This document shows positions 28,855 through 43,732 of a stretch of DNA of 64,000 nucleotides, one piece after another. The number at the start of each line of letters is the position of its first letter. Position 1 is the stretch's first letter. The DNA lies in the NCBI RefSeq assembly GCF_009914755.1, contig NC_060931.1, one strand, 5' to 3'. The position numbers were made by a program, and so were the translations under genes. The DNA comes from the human T2T-CHM13v2.0 reference genome, Homo sapiens. The notes below the pieces were generated by a model. It did no database searches, was not told the origin of the DNA, and saw nothing but the letters and a program-made list of their open reading frames with translations.

Positions 28855-30539
28855 GAGGGGGTGAAGATGGCTGATTAGAAGTAGCTGTGGTCTGTAGCAC
28901 TCATGAAGAGGAACGAAAGGGGTGAGTTAATACAGCATCTGCAACTGAAGTATCTTGGTACTTACATTGGGACTGATCAGGAAAACAACTGAACCCACAG
29001 AGATTGAAGAAAAGTTGAATGGGGTGATGGCCCACCGGGGAGCCACCTGGAGCCAAGGGAACCCCAAACCCCAGCCAAGGGAAGCGGTGAGTGATTGTGT
29101 TGGCCTCCGGTAACCATGCTTCTCCTGCAGATCTTTGCACCTATGGATCAGGAGATCCCCTTGTTAGTCCATGCCACCAGGGCCTTAGGTCCAACACACA
29201 GAGTTGTGTAGAGTTTTGGCAGAGCTGCTGCTTAGGCACACATAGAAACCCAGGAGCTTTACATCCTTTGGCCTAGGGATCCCCAACAAACATGTCTGCA
29301 ACTCAGGCAAGGTGAGAGGTCCACACATACCAGTAGGAAGGAGGCTGAATACAGGAAGCGAAGCAGCATGGTTCTGAGAGCCCCACTTGCACAGCACCTG
29401 ACAATATAAGAGCTACTGGCTTGGAATTCCAACCATCCACCAGCAACAGGTTGGAGCCTGCCTGAGATTGGATGGAACCCCTGGGTTGGGGGTCAGACCA
29501 CCATCTCCTCTGTTTGGTTTACTCAGACATTCCAGACTGTGGGCTTTGGAGACTCCAAGTGATTCGGATTAGGAAGGGTTCCTCCAGAGCAGCACATCTG
29601 CTTTGCCAGGTCATGGCCAGACTGCTTCTTTAAGTGGGACCCTGATCCATTCCTCCTCACTGGGTGAAAACTTCCGGGAGGGCCCTCCAGGAAGTATTCT
29701 ACACGTATTCTACAGATAGAGCTCTGATCTCTCCCTGGGATGCAGTGCCCAGGAGAGGGAAGCACCACCGCCTTGGCTGATTGAATGACTTAGCCATTCC
29801 AATCTGTGGATTTTGGGGACTCCTAGCTGATGGGGCAAAGGTGGTTATTCAGAACAACATTGTTGTCTTATCAAGGTCTGGCCAGACTGTTTCTTTAAGT
29901 GAGACACAGATTCACTACTTCTCATGGGGCAGGTTCTCCCAGCAAGGGCTTCAAGTCACCCTTTTCAATATTCTATGGCCTACAGAGCTCTACATTCTCC
30001 CTGGGTTGGATTGCCTGGGGCGTGGGGCAGGCTGCCACTTGGCTGCTCTGGCTTCTCATCCAGTCAAGCCTGTGGGCCTTGGAGAGCCCAAACAGATTGG
30101 GGGCAGAAGAGATCCCCAACACAGTAGAGCTACTCTACCAAAAAAGCAGCCAAACTTCTTCTCTAAGTGAATCCCTAATACTGTTCCCCTGACTGGGTGA
30201 GACCTCCCAATCACGGTTTCAAGCCACCTCCTACAGGAGCACAGGGGCCAGCAACAAATCAGTACCACCCTGGGATGAAGCATCCAGAGGAAGGGGTGAG
30301 CTGCCATCTTTGCTGTTTCACAAGCTTCACTGCTGATATCTCCAGGTACAGGAAAAACTGGGCAACTAGGGTCTGGAGCAAGCCCCCAGCAAACAGCAGC
30401 AGCTTTACAGAGGTGAGGCCAGATTGTTAAAAGAAAAACAGATAAACAGGAAACAACAACAACATCAACAAAACAATCCAACAAAAACCCATTCAAAGGG
30501 CAGCAACTTCAAAGATTGAAGGGAGATAAGCCCTCAAAG

Positions 30540-31560
30540 ATGAGAAAGAATCAATGGAAAAATGCTGAAAACTGAAAAAGCCAGAGTGCCCCTTTTTTCT
30601 CCAAATGATTGCAACAGCCCTCCAAGCAAGAGCTCAGAATTGAACTGAGGCTGAGATGGCTGAAATAACATAAGTAGGTTTTAGAATGTGGATAAAAACG
30701 AACTTTGCTGAGCTAAAGGAACATTTTGTAACTGAAGGCAAAGAAGCTAAGAATCATGATATAACAATAGAGAAGCTGAGAGCCAAAATTGTTAGTTTAG
30801 AGAGACAAAACCAACCAACCTGATAGAGCTGAGAAACACATTACAAGAATTTCACTATGCAATCACAAGTATTAATAGCATAATAGGCCAATAATAGGGG
30901 AAAGATTCTCAGAGCTTGAAGACTGTCTTTCTGAAATAAGACAGATATACAAGAATAGAGAAAAAAAAATTAAAATGAATGAACCAAATCTCTAAGAAAT
31001 ATGGAATTATGTAAAGAAACAGAGCCTATGACTAATTGGAGTACCTGAAAAGGATGGAGAGAGTGGAACCTATTTGGAAAACGTACTTCAGGATATAATC
31101 CAGGAGAACTTCTTTAACCTAACAATAAAGGCCAACATTCAAATTCAGGAAATGCAGAGGACCCCAGTAAGATACTCCACTTGAAGATCTCTCACAAGAC
31201 AAATAGTCATCAGATTCTACAAGGTCAAAATGAAAGACAAAATGTTAAGGGAAGCCAGAGAGAAAGGCCAGGACACCTACAAAGGAAAGCCCATCAGACT
31301 AACAGCGAACATCTCAGCAAAAACTCAACAAGTCAGAAGAGATTGGGGGTCAGTATTCAACATTCTAAAGAAAAGAATTTTCAACCCAATTTTCATATCT
31401 TGGGAAACTAAGCTTCATATGTGAAGGAGAAATAAGATCCTTTTCAGACAAACAAATCCTGAGAGAATTAATTACCACCAGACCTGCCATGAAAGAGTTC
31501 CTGGAGGAAGCAGTAAATACCGGAAGGCAGGGGGGTGCAGCAGGGAAATATCATTATCAA
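30540..31560 (+). pseudogene. Disrupted L1 ORF1p
   Basis: ORF-track peptide 31230-31424 matches the ORF1p C-terminal region; stops and frameshifts elsewhere. Confidence 0.85.
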
Positions 31561-33860
31561 CCACTACAAAAAACACACTGAAGTACACGGACTGGTATCA
31601 TTATAAAGCAGCTACATAAACAAGTCTGCAAAATAACCAGCTAGCATCATGATGACTAGATCAAATACACACTTAACAATACTAACCTTAAATGTAAATT
31701 GGCTAAATGTCCCAATTAAAAGACACAGAATGACAATTGGGATAAAGAACTAAGATCTATTGCTATACTGTCTTCAAGAGACCCGCCTCACATGCCAAGA
31801 AACACATGGGCTCAAAATAAATGGATGGAGGAAAATTTACCAAGCAAATGGAAAACAGAGAAAAGCAGGGGTTGCAATCCTGGTTTCTGAAAAAACAGAC
31901 TTCAAACCAGCAAAGATCACAAAAAGATAAAGAAGGGTATTACATAATGGTAAAGTATTCAATTCAACAATAACATCTAACGATCCTAAATATATATGCA
32001 CCCAATACAGTAGCACCCAGATTCATAAATCAACTTCTTAGAGACCTTCAAAGAAAATTAGTCTCCCACACAATAATAGTGGGAGACTTTTATACTCTGC
32101 TGACAATATTAGACAAATCATGGAGAAAGAAAATTAACAATGACATTCAGGACCTGAACTCAGCTCTAGATCAAGGGGACCTGATAGATATATACAGAAC
32201 TCTCCACCCCACAGCAAAATAATATACATTATTTTCTTTCCCTCATGGCACTTACTCTAAAATTGATCACATCATTGGAAAGTAAAACACTACTCAGCAA
32301 ATGCAAAATACCTGAAATAATAACAGTTTCTTGGATCACAGCACAATCAGATTAGAACTCAAGATTAAGAAATTCACTTAAAATCATACAACTGCATGGA
32401 AATTGAACAACTTACTACTGAATGACATTTGCGTAAATAATGAAATTAAGGCAGAAATCAAGAAGTTATTTGAAACTAATGAGAACAAAGATACAATATA
32501 CCAGAATCTCTGGGACATGGCTAAAGCAGTATTAAGAGGGAAATTTATAACACTAAATGTCCACATCAAAAAGCTAGAAAGATCTCAAATAGACAACCTA
32601 AGATCACAACTAAAAGAACTAGAGAACCAAGAGCAAACAAACCCCAAAGCTAACAGAAGACAAGAAATAACCAAGATTAGACCTAAACCGAAGTAGACAG
32701 AAACACAAAAAACCATCAAAACAGCAATAAATCCAGAAGGTGGTTTTTCAAAAAATTAAAAAAAAAATAGACCAGTAGCTAGAAGAATAAAGAAGAAAAG
32801 AGGGAAGATTCAAATAAACACAATAGAAATGATAAGGGGATATTACCACTCACCCTACAGAAATACAAACAACCATCAGAAAATACTATTAACACCTCTA
32901 TGCACGCAAACTAGAAAATATAAAAGAAATGGATAAATTCCTGGACACATACACCCTCCCAAGACTGAATCAGGAAGAAATGGAATCCCTGAATAAACTA
33001 ATACTGAGTTCAGATAATGAGGCTGTAAAATAGCCTACCAACCAAAAAAAGCTCAGGACCAGACAGAGTCACAGCTGAATTCTACCAGAGGTACAAATAA
33101 GAGCTCATGCCATTTCTACTGAAACTATTTCAAAAAATTGAAAAGGAGAGACTTCTCCTTAACTCATTTTATGAGTCCAGCATCATCCTGATGAAGAAAA
33201 AACCTGCCAGAGATACAACAACAGAAAAAAGAAAACTTCAGGCCAATACCTTTGATTAACATCGATGCAAAAATCCTCAACAAAATACTAACAAATTGAA
33301 TCCAGCAGCACATCAAAAAGCTTATCCACCAGGATCAAGTAGGCTTCGTCTCCAGGATGCAAGTTTGGTTCAACATATGCAAATCAATAAATGTGATTAA
33401 TCACATAAACAGAGCTAAAGAGAAAAACCACATGATTATTTCAATGGATGCAGAGAATGTTTTTATAAAATTCAACATCCCTTCATGTTAAAAACTTTCA
33501 ATAAACTAGATATTGAAGGAATATACTTCAAACTAATAGCCGTATATAAAAACCCCATAGCTAATATCATACAGAATGGGCAAAAGCTGGAAGTATTCTC
33601 CTTGGAAACCTGCACAAGAAAAGGATGCCCTCTCTCACCACTCTTACTCAACATGATATTGGAAGTTCTGGCAAGAGCAATCAGACAGGAGAAGAAAATA
33701 AATGGTATTCAAATAGAAAGAGAGGAAATCAACTATCTTTTTTTGCTGATGACATATTATAGCTAGAAAATCCCATCATTTCTGGCCCAAAATTCTTAAG
33801 CTCATAAGCAATTTCAGCATTCTCAGGATACAAAATCAATGTGCAAAAATTGCTAGCATT

Positions 33861-34172
<312 letters not shown>

Positions 34173-34246
34173 CTAGCATTTCTATACACCAACAACAGGC
34201 AAGCAGAGAGCGAAAGCATGAATGAACTCTCATTCACAATTGCCAA

Positions 34247-34289
34247 ACACACACACATACATGCACACACACACATGCACACACACACA
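34247..34289. repeat. Imperfect (CA)n microsatellite
   Basis: acacacacacatacatgcacacacacacatgcacacacacaca. Confidence 0.93.
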
Positions 34290-35856
34290 AATACCAAGTA
34301 ATACAGCTAAGAAGGGAAGTGGAGGACCTCTACAAGGAGAATAACAAACAACTGCTAAAATAAATTAGAAATGACACAAACAAATGGGAAAACATTCCAT
34401 GCTCATGAATAAGAAGAATCAATATTGTGAAAAGATCATACTGCCCAAAGCAATTTAGAGATTCAACGCTATTCCCATTAAACTACCATTGACATTCTTC
34501 ACAGAATTAGAAGAACCTATTTTAAAATTTATAAGGAACCAAAAAAGAACCTGAATAGCCAAGACAATCCTAAGTAAAAAGAACAAAGCTAGCAGCATCA
34601 CATCAGCCATTTCCTAACTACACTACAGGGCTACAGTAACCAAAACAATTAGTACTGGTACAAGAACAGACAATAGACCGATGGAACAAAATAGAAAACC
34701 CAGAAATAAGACCACACACCTACAATCATCTGATCTCCAAAAATCCTGAAAAAAAAAAAACAGCAAACAATAGGGAAAGGATTCCCTGCTAAATAAATGG
34801 TACTGGGAGAACTGACTAGCCATATGCAAAAAAATTGAAACTGGACCCCTTCTTTACACCGTATACAAATATCAACTCAAGATGGATTAAAGACTTAAAT
34901 GTAAAATCAAAAAGTATAAAAAACCTAGAGAAAATCTAGGCAATACCATTCAGGACATAGTCACAGGGAAAGATGAGAAATTATGAGAAAAATGCCAAAA
35001 GCAATGGAAAACCAAAGCAAAATTGACAAATGGAATCTAATTAAATTAAAGAACTTCTGCACAGCAAAAGTAACTATCAATAGAGTTAACAGACAACCTA
35101 CAGAATGAGAGAGAATTTTAGCAATCTATCCATCTAAAAAAGGTCTAATATCCAGCATGTATAAGGAACTTAAACAAATTTACAAGAAAAAAACAGTCCC
35201 ATTAAAAAGTGGGAACAGAACATGAACAGACACTTTTCAAAAGAAGACATATATGTGACCAGCAAAGATATGGAAAAAAGCTCAGCATCACTGAATATTA
35301 GATAAATGCAAATCAAAACCAAAATCAGATACCATCTCACACCACTTACAATGGCTATGATAAAAAGTCAAAAAACAACAGACATTAGCAAGGTTGTGGG
35401 GGAACAAGCCAACAAACAACTTTTACACTGTTGGTGGAAGTAGAAATTAGTTCAACCATTATGGAAGACAGTGTGGCAGTTCCTCAAAGACACAGAGGCA
35501 GAAGTATCATTTTACCAGCAATCCCAATACTGAGTATATACCCAAAGGAATATAAATTATTCTGTTTTAAAGATACATGCACATATATGTTCATTGCAGC
35601 ACTATTTACAATAGGAAAGACAGAATCAACCTAAATCCCCATCAGTGATAGACTGGATGAAGAAAATTTTGTACATAAACAGGATGCAATACTATACAGC
35701 AATGAAAAGGACCAAGGTTATGTTTCTTGCAGAGACATGGATGCAGCTGGAAGCCATTATCCTCAACACACTAACACAGAAACAGAAAAACAAATGCCAC
35801 GAGTTATCGCTTATAAGTGGGAGATGAATGATGAGAACAGATGGACACATAAGGAG

Positions 35857-38208
35857 TGTTTTCATACTGATACAAACATACTATTGGAGATTGGGTAATT
35901 TATAAAGAAAGAAGGTTTGACTCACAGTTCTGCATGGCTGAGAGGTTTCAGGAAACCTCTCAGTTTCCTTCCAATCATGGTGGAAGGTGAAGGAGAAGCA
36001 TGGCACTTCTGACCATGTTGCCAGGAAGGAGAAAGAGTGCATGGGAAATGCCAGACCCTTATCAAACAACTAGGTCTTGTGAGAACTCTCTGGCTATGAT
36101 GAGGAGAGCATGGGGGAAAATGCCTCTATGACACAATTACCTCCCACTACATGTCTTCGTTAACATGTGGGGTTACAATTCAAGATGCGATGAGATTCAG
36201 CTAGGGACACACAGCCAAACCATATCATTCTGCCTCTTGCCTCTCCCATATATCGGTGTGTGTTTGTTTTTAACATTTGAAAACCTATTATGCCTTCCCA
36301 ACAGTTCCTCAGATTCTTAACTCATTCCAGCATTAACTGATATTTAATAAAAGTCCAAGTTTAAAGTATCATCAGAGACAAGGCGAGTCATTTTCCACTA
36401 TGATCCTGTAAAATCAAAAACAAGTTAGTTACTTGCAAGATACAATGGAGCTATAGGCATTGGGTAAATGTTCCTGCTCCAAATGGGAGAAATTGGCCAA
36501 AAAGAGGAACAACAGGCCCTATTCAAGTCTGAAACCTGACTGGGTAGTCATTATAACTTAAAGCTCCAAAATCTCCTTTGACCTCATTTCTCACATTCAG
36601 GGCATGTTGATTCAAGGGACGAGCTCCCACAGCCTTGGGAAGCTCCACCCCTGTGGCTCTGCAGAGTAAATCCCCATTGGCTGTTTTCAGGGGCTGGTGT
36701 TGAGTTCCTATGACTTTTTCAGGTGCTCAGGGCATGCTGTAGATGAATCTACCATTCTGAGATCTGGAGGACAGTGGCCGTCTTCTCACAGCTCCACTAC
36801 TCAGTGCCCCAATGAGGACTCTGTGTGGGGGATCCAACCCTATATTTTCCTTCTGCACTTCCCTAACAGAGGTTCTCTGTGAGGGCTCTGACCCTGCAAC
36901 AAATTTCTACCTGGACATCCAGTCATTTCCATACATCCTGTGACATCAAGGCAGAGGCTATGGAATCTCAACTCTTGTCTTCTGAGCACCTGAAGGCCCA
37001 ATATCACATGGAAGCCACCAAGGGTTGAGGCTTGCACCCTCTGAAGCAATGGCCTAAGCTGTACCATGGGCCTTTTTAGCCAAGGCTAGAGTTTGATTAG
37101 CCGGGATGCAGGGCAACAAGTCCTGCACAGAGAATTGGGGCCCTGGGTCCAGTCCACAAAGCCATTTTTCCTTCGTAGGCCTCCGGGCCTGTGATGGGAG
37201 GGGCTGCCATGAAGGTCTCTGACATGCCCTGGAGACATTTCCCCCACCATCTTGGCTAATAGCATTCAGCTCCTCATTTCTTATGTGAATCTCTGCAGCT
37301 AGCTTGAATTTCTCCCCAGAATATGGGTTTTTCTTTTCTACCACATGGTCAGCCTGCAAATTTTCCAATCCTTTATGCTCTGCTTCTTTTTAAATATAAG
37401 TTCCAATTTTAAACCATCTCTTTGTGAATGCATGCAACTGAACACTTTTAGAATAAGCCAGGTCACATCTTGCAAGCTTCGCTGCTTAGAAATGTCTTTC
37501 ATCAGATAACTCAAATTATCTCTCTCAAGTTTAAAGTTTCACAGATCTCTAGAGGGGGGTAAAATGCTAAAGCGTAGAATGAGTGACCTTTTCTTTAGTT
37601 CCCAATAAGTTCCTCATCTTCTTCTGAGACCACCTCAGCCCGGACTTCATTGTCCCTATTACTAACAGCATTTTGGTTACAATCATTCAAGAAATTTCTA
37701 GGATGCTCCGAAATTTCAAACATTTTCCTGTCTTCTTCTAAGCCCTCCAAACTGTTCCAACCTCTTTTCATTACCAAGTTCCAAAGTCACTTCCACATAT
37801 CCATGTTATCTTTATAGGTGTACCCCACACTTGGTACCAGTTCTCTGTATTAGTCTACTTTCATTCTACCTTAAAGATACTACCCGAGACTGGGTAATTT
37901 ATAAAAAAGAAAGTCTTATTGACTCACAGTTTCAAATGGCTGGGAGGCCTCAGGAAACTTACAATCATGACAGAAGGCAAAGGGGAAGCAAGGCACATCT
38001 TACATGGTGGCGAGAGAAAGTATTTGAAGGGGAAATGTGAAACAGTAATCCAACAACTAGGTCTCATGAGAACATCCTCACTATCATGAGAACAGCATGG
38101 GGAAAACTGCCCCTAGGATCTAATCACCTCCCACCGGGTCCTACCCTTGACAGGTGTGGATTACAATTTGAGATGAGATTTGGGTGGGGACACAGAGCCA
38201 AACATTAT
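35857..38208 (-). mobile_element. Two-LTR MST/THE1-type MaLR element (LTRs about 35857-36227 and 37846-38208; ~1.6-kb internal region) in the L1 3' UTR
   Basis: Two homologous LTRs ('ctgggtaatttataaa...gactcacagtt...gggacaca.agccaaac'); internal start 'gagaactggtacc' on the minus strand; MaLR-internal ORF remnant at 37054-37368. Confidence 0.92.
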
Positions 38209-38827
38209 GGGGGGAAACAACACACAATGTGGGGCCTGTCAGAGATGGGGAGTTGGAGGAGGGAGAGCATCAGGAAGAATAGCTAATGGATACTGGGCTT
38301 AATGCCTAGGTGATGGAATGATCTGTGCAGCAAACCACGGTGGCACAGCTTTACCTATGTAACAAACCTGCACATCCTACACATGTGTGCCTGAACTTAA
38401 AAGTTGAAAATACAAAAAAAAAAAAAATAGCTACTCTTGCTGTCTTTTGGTTTCATTTGCATAAAATATCTGTTTTTCATTCTTTCACTTTCATTCTTCA
38501 TGTGTCCTAAATGTAAAGTGAGTCTCTTAGGAACAGCATATATTTGAGCCCTCTTTTTTTATTTTAATTATCTTTTTTTATTTTAAAAAGGCTTTTTTAA
38601 TAAAAAGTGTTGAAATTAAGTCCCTATTACAACGAAAAATAAACTTTGTATTATATTTCTATTTAGGTTTGAATTATATTCATGAAGTACTAAGAAAAAT
38701 TGTGCTCACAAAATCAACTAAGTAAATAAATAAATATACAACTTAGATAAATACACATACCAAAAATATATAATGTTTGAAACAATGGGAATGCACAATG
38801 ATTCCTCTGTGCTACAATTTTACCAAA

Positions 38828-39095
38828 ATGATTTTGAGGTGGGAAGATTAAGCTGGCTTATCCAGGAGGTTTCTCACTGCAATCACATGTATCCTCATAA
38901 ACGCAAAGCACAGGCAGAATTGGACATACATGGAGGAGAAGTTAATGTGAAGACAGAACATAGAGAGATTTGAAGATCCTGGCCTGGAAGATTAGCATGA
39001 AGCCAAAGAATGCCTGTGGACACCAGAAACTGGAAAAAGCATGCAATGAATTTCTCTCATAAACCATCAGAAAGATGGCAGCCCCGCTGTGACTT
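38828..39095 (+). mobile_element. MLT1 (C/D-like) LTR fragment
   Basis: 'gattttgaggtgggaagatta...atgtgaagacaga...agccaaagaatgcc...caccagaaactggaa'. Confidence 0.75.
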
Positions 39096-40659
39096 GCTCT
39101 TAGAAAAAATATATGTGATTGCAAAGATTTTACAATATAAGGTAACACTCATGGTTCCAGGTGGAAGTATGTAAGACATCTTTACTGGAGTCATTTTTTA
39201 CCCTACCACACAGTTCATAATATGCAGGGTAGTGTCACCTTTCTTGCTGTTAGTGGTAATCCAAAATTTCACATATTAGTACAGATGTTTTGTCTTTCTG
39301 TCAGACAAAGAAACTATAAATATAATATAAATATATTATTTTTACATCACTGTCAATCATTCTGTATGCACTTTGAAAGTTTTGTAGACTGGCTTCTCTT
39401 TAAATGAGGGGATAGTGAAGAGTTATATAATGCAAATATAATATTAATGTCTCTTAATAGTTTTCTCTTTAATTTGCATGTGGTCACAAGGCAGATGGTA
39501 TGAGCACAATACTCCCTATTATAGAAAGCATTCTACAAAATGATAAATTTATTTTAAAAATTATGAGAATGAATGCATCTTTATAAATATTATACTCTCT
39601 ACTCTTTAATCTCCATGCCATACAAAACACAATAATGTTATGTTATATCTTACTCAAATCCATTCTTTTTTCAGTTGAATTTTTAATTCTCAGTGATTAA
39701 TATTTATTCTCTTTGGCTGCTATATTTGATCTTTAAAATTGTATTTGAATACATTTCAGTTACTTTTGAAGTTAGTATTCAGAAGACCAAAAGCCAGTGA
39801 AAAAGTTTTTCTCATTGGTTGCACAATACCAAATCCAGTAACTCTTTAACTTTTCATTTCTGTAGGGTTCCATCTAGGATATAGATGGGAGGAAAAGGCT
39901 ATTTCACTTTATTTGTCCAAGTTAAGGCTTGTCTGTCGTTGAGTAAACTCTGTGAACTATGTTCTAGGCTGAAACAACCCTAGAGTGCTGTTTCTTGATG
40001 CATGTTTAGCCATTGGAATGAGCAAAAATTCCCTGGAGTGTGCTAATGCAGAGTATTTATTTTTTATTTTCCTTATTTTTTTGTGGTTTATTTAGACCTA
40101 AATGTTTTGTGCTCACAAAAGACACAATTTTGTGACATTTTAAAAGTCTGTATCTTTTAGGAATGTAAGACGGGAGTTAATACAATTTCCTAAACACGTT
40201 TGACATGGTGATCAATTGATTAATAAATGTTTGAAGCAGGTTTAATATAGAAGTTCCCAAAAATAAAGAAACTCTTTTATGGCATAAGGCTGCACCTCTC
40301 ACAATGGGTCATGATACTGACCTAGAGAAGACTGAAGAATATAAGTTATTCCATGAATACTGCTTATCTTTCTTTGAAAAAGAAAACTTGGAGTGATGTA
40401 TCATCCTCACTTTCAAATATGGCAAAAAAAATTACTCCTAAGTATAGCATTATTGTGAAAGAAAGATTTATTTATTGAAGATCACAATAAGACTTGTGAA
40501 TTCATATATAAGACCTAAAATTTCTAGAGTTCTATGATTAATAGTAATATATTTAAGTAAATAAGTGATAATTTGATAGAGAAAAGTCCATAAGCTTTAG
40601 AGTGATATATTTTTTCAATTTATAATAATTTGATACTCCTTCACACTATTTAATCCATC

Positions 40660-41270
40660 TGCAAGTTTTTCACATCTCAGTTCATGGTAACTCAAGCCAT
40701 ACAGATGCTCAGGCTGATAAACACAGAATTATTCTTGATGTCCTTTCACAACACATTAAAATGCTGCCTGCAATCTATGCACAATCTGACCATGTTTCAC
40801 CACCTCGCCTGATCAAAGTCAAACAAACGCTTCTGTTTTTACCCAGAGTCTTGATTTTTCTATGTTTGCCTTTTTGTCAACTGTACATTAGTAGACTAAT
40901 CCATTTAAATATCAGTTTGATAATTTCCATCCTCCGTTGAAATCTTATCGTGGATCCCCTTTCTCAATAAAAATGAAGTCCTTAAAATGACCAAAAATTA
41001 TCTACTTATCTGGCTTCCTGAAAACACTGAGGTAATATATCCTACTGCTCTGCCAGTTGAACACAACCCTTAAGCCACATAACTTCTATAGAGTTTCTCC
41101 AACATTTCGGAGAAGTGTAACCCTTATTCTAGTTGTACTCTGCCAGGAATGCAATTCTCCAAAATAAATGCTAAACCGTCTATCCCAGAGCTTTCAAATC
41201 TGCTTTGTTATTTTTTAAATACATTCACCAGGGAGGCTTATGCTGAACTGCCTGTTTATAGCTAAACCTG
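40660..41270 (+). mobile_element. L2 LINE fragment
   Basis: 'catctcagttcatggtaac...gctcaggc', 'aataaaaatgaagtccttaaaatgacc', 'tctgccaggaatgc'. Confidence 0.65.
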
Positions 41271-41804
41271 ATTCCTGCTTCTGTCTTCCAACTGGGAAGT
41301 AAATATTGAAATATGAATCAATATCTTATTATTTTTAAAGGCTGAATAATATGCCATGCAGTTACATATAATGTTTTTATCCATTCATCCGTTGATAGGC
41401 ATTTGGTTTGTTTTCATCTTTTGGCTATTGTGAACATTGGTTTTGGAAGTTGTATACACATGTGTTTGCTTGAGTATGTGTATTCAATTTGGGGGGTTGC
41501 ATATCTCAAAGTGGAATTGCTGGGTCGTATGTAATTATCTGTTTACTTTTTTTGAAAATAACTCCTTTTTGCTTTCTTAATGGCTAAACAATTTTACATT
41601 CCCAGCTATAATGTACAAAGTTTGTAATTTCTCTGCATTCTTGCCAACACTTGTTAAATTCTGGGCTTTTGTACGTTTATTTATGTTTTATTAATTACAA
41701 TGATGCTAGCGGGTGTAGAGTGGTATCTAAATGCAGTTTTGATTTGCATTTCTTTAATGACTAATAACCATAAGCATTTTTTCAAATGTTTGGTGGTTAC
41801 CTGT

Positions 41805-42156
41805 TGTGTTAGTCCATTTTCACACTACTATAAAGAAATACATGAGAGTGAGTAATTTATAAAGGAAAGAGGTTTAATTGATTCACAGTTCCATCTGGCT
41901 GGGGAGGCTTCAGGAAACTTAGAATCATGGCAGAAGGCAAAGGGGTGGCAAGAGAGAGAAGTACAAACAAGGGAAATGCCAGACACTTATAAAACCATCA
42001 GATCTCGTGAGAACTCACTCGCTATCATGAGAACAACATGCGGGAACCACTCCATGATCTGATTGTCTCCCACCAGAACCCCCCCTAGACACATGGGGAT
42101 TATGGGGATTACAATTCAAAATGAGATTTTGGTGAGGACACACCCAAACCATATCA
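41805..42156 (-). mobile_element. Solo MSTA/THE1D-like LTR
   Basis: tgtgttagtcc...ccaaaccatatca, 352 bp; 5-bp TSD cctgt/cttgt (one mismatch). Confidence 0.92.
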
Positions 42157-42305
42157 CTTGTGTATCTTATTAGGAGAAATGGATATATTGTGGATATTAG
42201 ACCTTTAAACATTTGAAATATTTTCACCTATTCTGTAGGTTATCTTTTCATTTTCTTGATAATGCCCTTCAATGCCCACAACTTTTTTATTTTTATTAGT
42301 TCTAT

Positions 42306-42532
42306 TTCTCTCTCTCTTTCTTGCTCTCTCTCACTCTCTCTCTCTCTTATCTTGTACTTTTTGTCTCATATCTAAATATCTACTGCACCATCCAAGGTCC
42401 TGATTATTTAACCCTTGGTTTTGCTAAGGTTTTTTGTTTGTTTGTTTGTTTGTTTGTTTTTACAGTTTTAGGTCTAACATTTATATTAACCTATTTTGAG
42501 TTTTTTTTTCCGTGTGTGTGTGTGTGTGTGTG
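42306..42532. repeat. Cluster of simple repeats: (CT)n about 42308-42347, (TTTG)n about 42433-42460, (GT)n 42512-42532
   Basis: Directly visible. Confidence 0.9.
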
Positions 42533-43433
42533 TTTATGATATCAGGTAGTGGTCCAAAGTTATTCATTTTTTTACGTGCAGATTTCTTTTTAGTTCCAGC
42601 ACAATTTGCTAATGAGAATATTTCTTCTCCGTTGAATGGTCTTGGCATCCTGTGGAAAACTGACCGTAGATGCACTATTTTATTTCCAGGCTATTGCTTC
42701 TATTCGTTCATCTATCTATACTTATGCGAGTACCACACTGGTTTGATCACTGTAGGTTTGTAGCAAGTTTTGAAATAAGGAAGTATAAGTATTCCGAATT
42801 TGTCATTCATTTTCTAGGTTATTTTAGTTGTTTGGGGCCCTTGAATTCCATATGAATTTGAGGATTGTTTTTTCCATTTCTACCCAAAATAAGCTATTGG
42901 AATTTTGGTAGGAATTTATTGGTCTGTAGATTTTTATGGGTAGTATGACCTTTTTAACAATGCTAAGACTTTCACTTCATAAGCTGTCTCTTCATTTATT
43001 TAGATATTTAATTTCTTTCAGGCATGTTTTGTAGGTTTTAGTGTGCAATTCTTTTACCTTCCTACATATATTTATCCATAGGTATTTTGTTCTTTTTATG
43101 CTACTGTTAATGGAATTGCTTTCTTAATTTCTTTTTTGGATTTTTCATTGCAGGTATATAGAAACACTGCTGATTTTTGTGTATTGATCTTATACCATGC
43201 CACATTGCTGATGCTGAATTTGTTTATCATCTCTAGTGGCTCTCTTGTATGTTAATTCGAATTTTCTATATAGAGAAATGTGCCATCTGTGAACAGAATA
43301 GTTTTTTATCTTCCTCTTCAGTTTGTAGGACTTTGATTTATTTTTCTTTTGAAAATGCTGTGGCTAGAAATTACAGTACAATGTTAAATAGCAGAGTTGT
43401 AAGGCAACATCCCTGTGTTGTTTCAAATAACTT

Positions 43434-43732
43434 TTTCTTTGTTTTAAGAAACACGGTTTGCTCACTCTGTCACTCAGGCTGGAGTGCAGTGGCACAATTA
43501 TAGTTTACTGTAGCCTCAAACTCCTGGGCTCAAGCAATACTCCCGTTTAAGCCTCCTGAGTAACTGAGACTACAAGCATGCAACACCATGCCTGAATAAT
43601 ATTTTAAAATACTTTTTGTAGACACATGGTCTCACCATGTTGCCCAGGATGGTTTTAAACTCCTGGACTCAAGTGATGCCCCCACCTTGGCCCTAGCACT
43701 GGGATTACAAGCATGAGCCATTGTGCTAGGCC
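43434..43732 (-). mobile_element. AluJ
   Basis: AluJ-type 'gcctcaaactcctgggctcaagc'; TSD ttcaaataactt at 43422-43433 and 43733-43744. Confidence 0.93.

Larger units (their letters stand above)
41320..43425 (-). mobile_element. Old L1M (MA/MB-like) 3' portion
   Basis: Antisense L1 3' motifs 'ggctgaataatatgcc', 'ttggctattgtgaac', 'gttttgatttgcatttctttaatgacta'. Confidence 0.85.

Noticed and set aside
31520-31548. Short G-rich insert at the end of L1 ORF1
   Set aside because: Too short to interpret and lacks four G3 runs for a canonical G-quadruplex.
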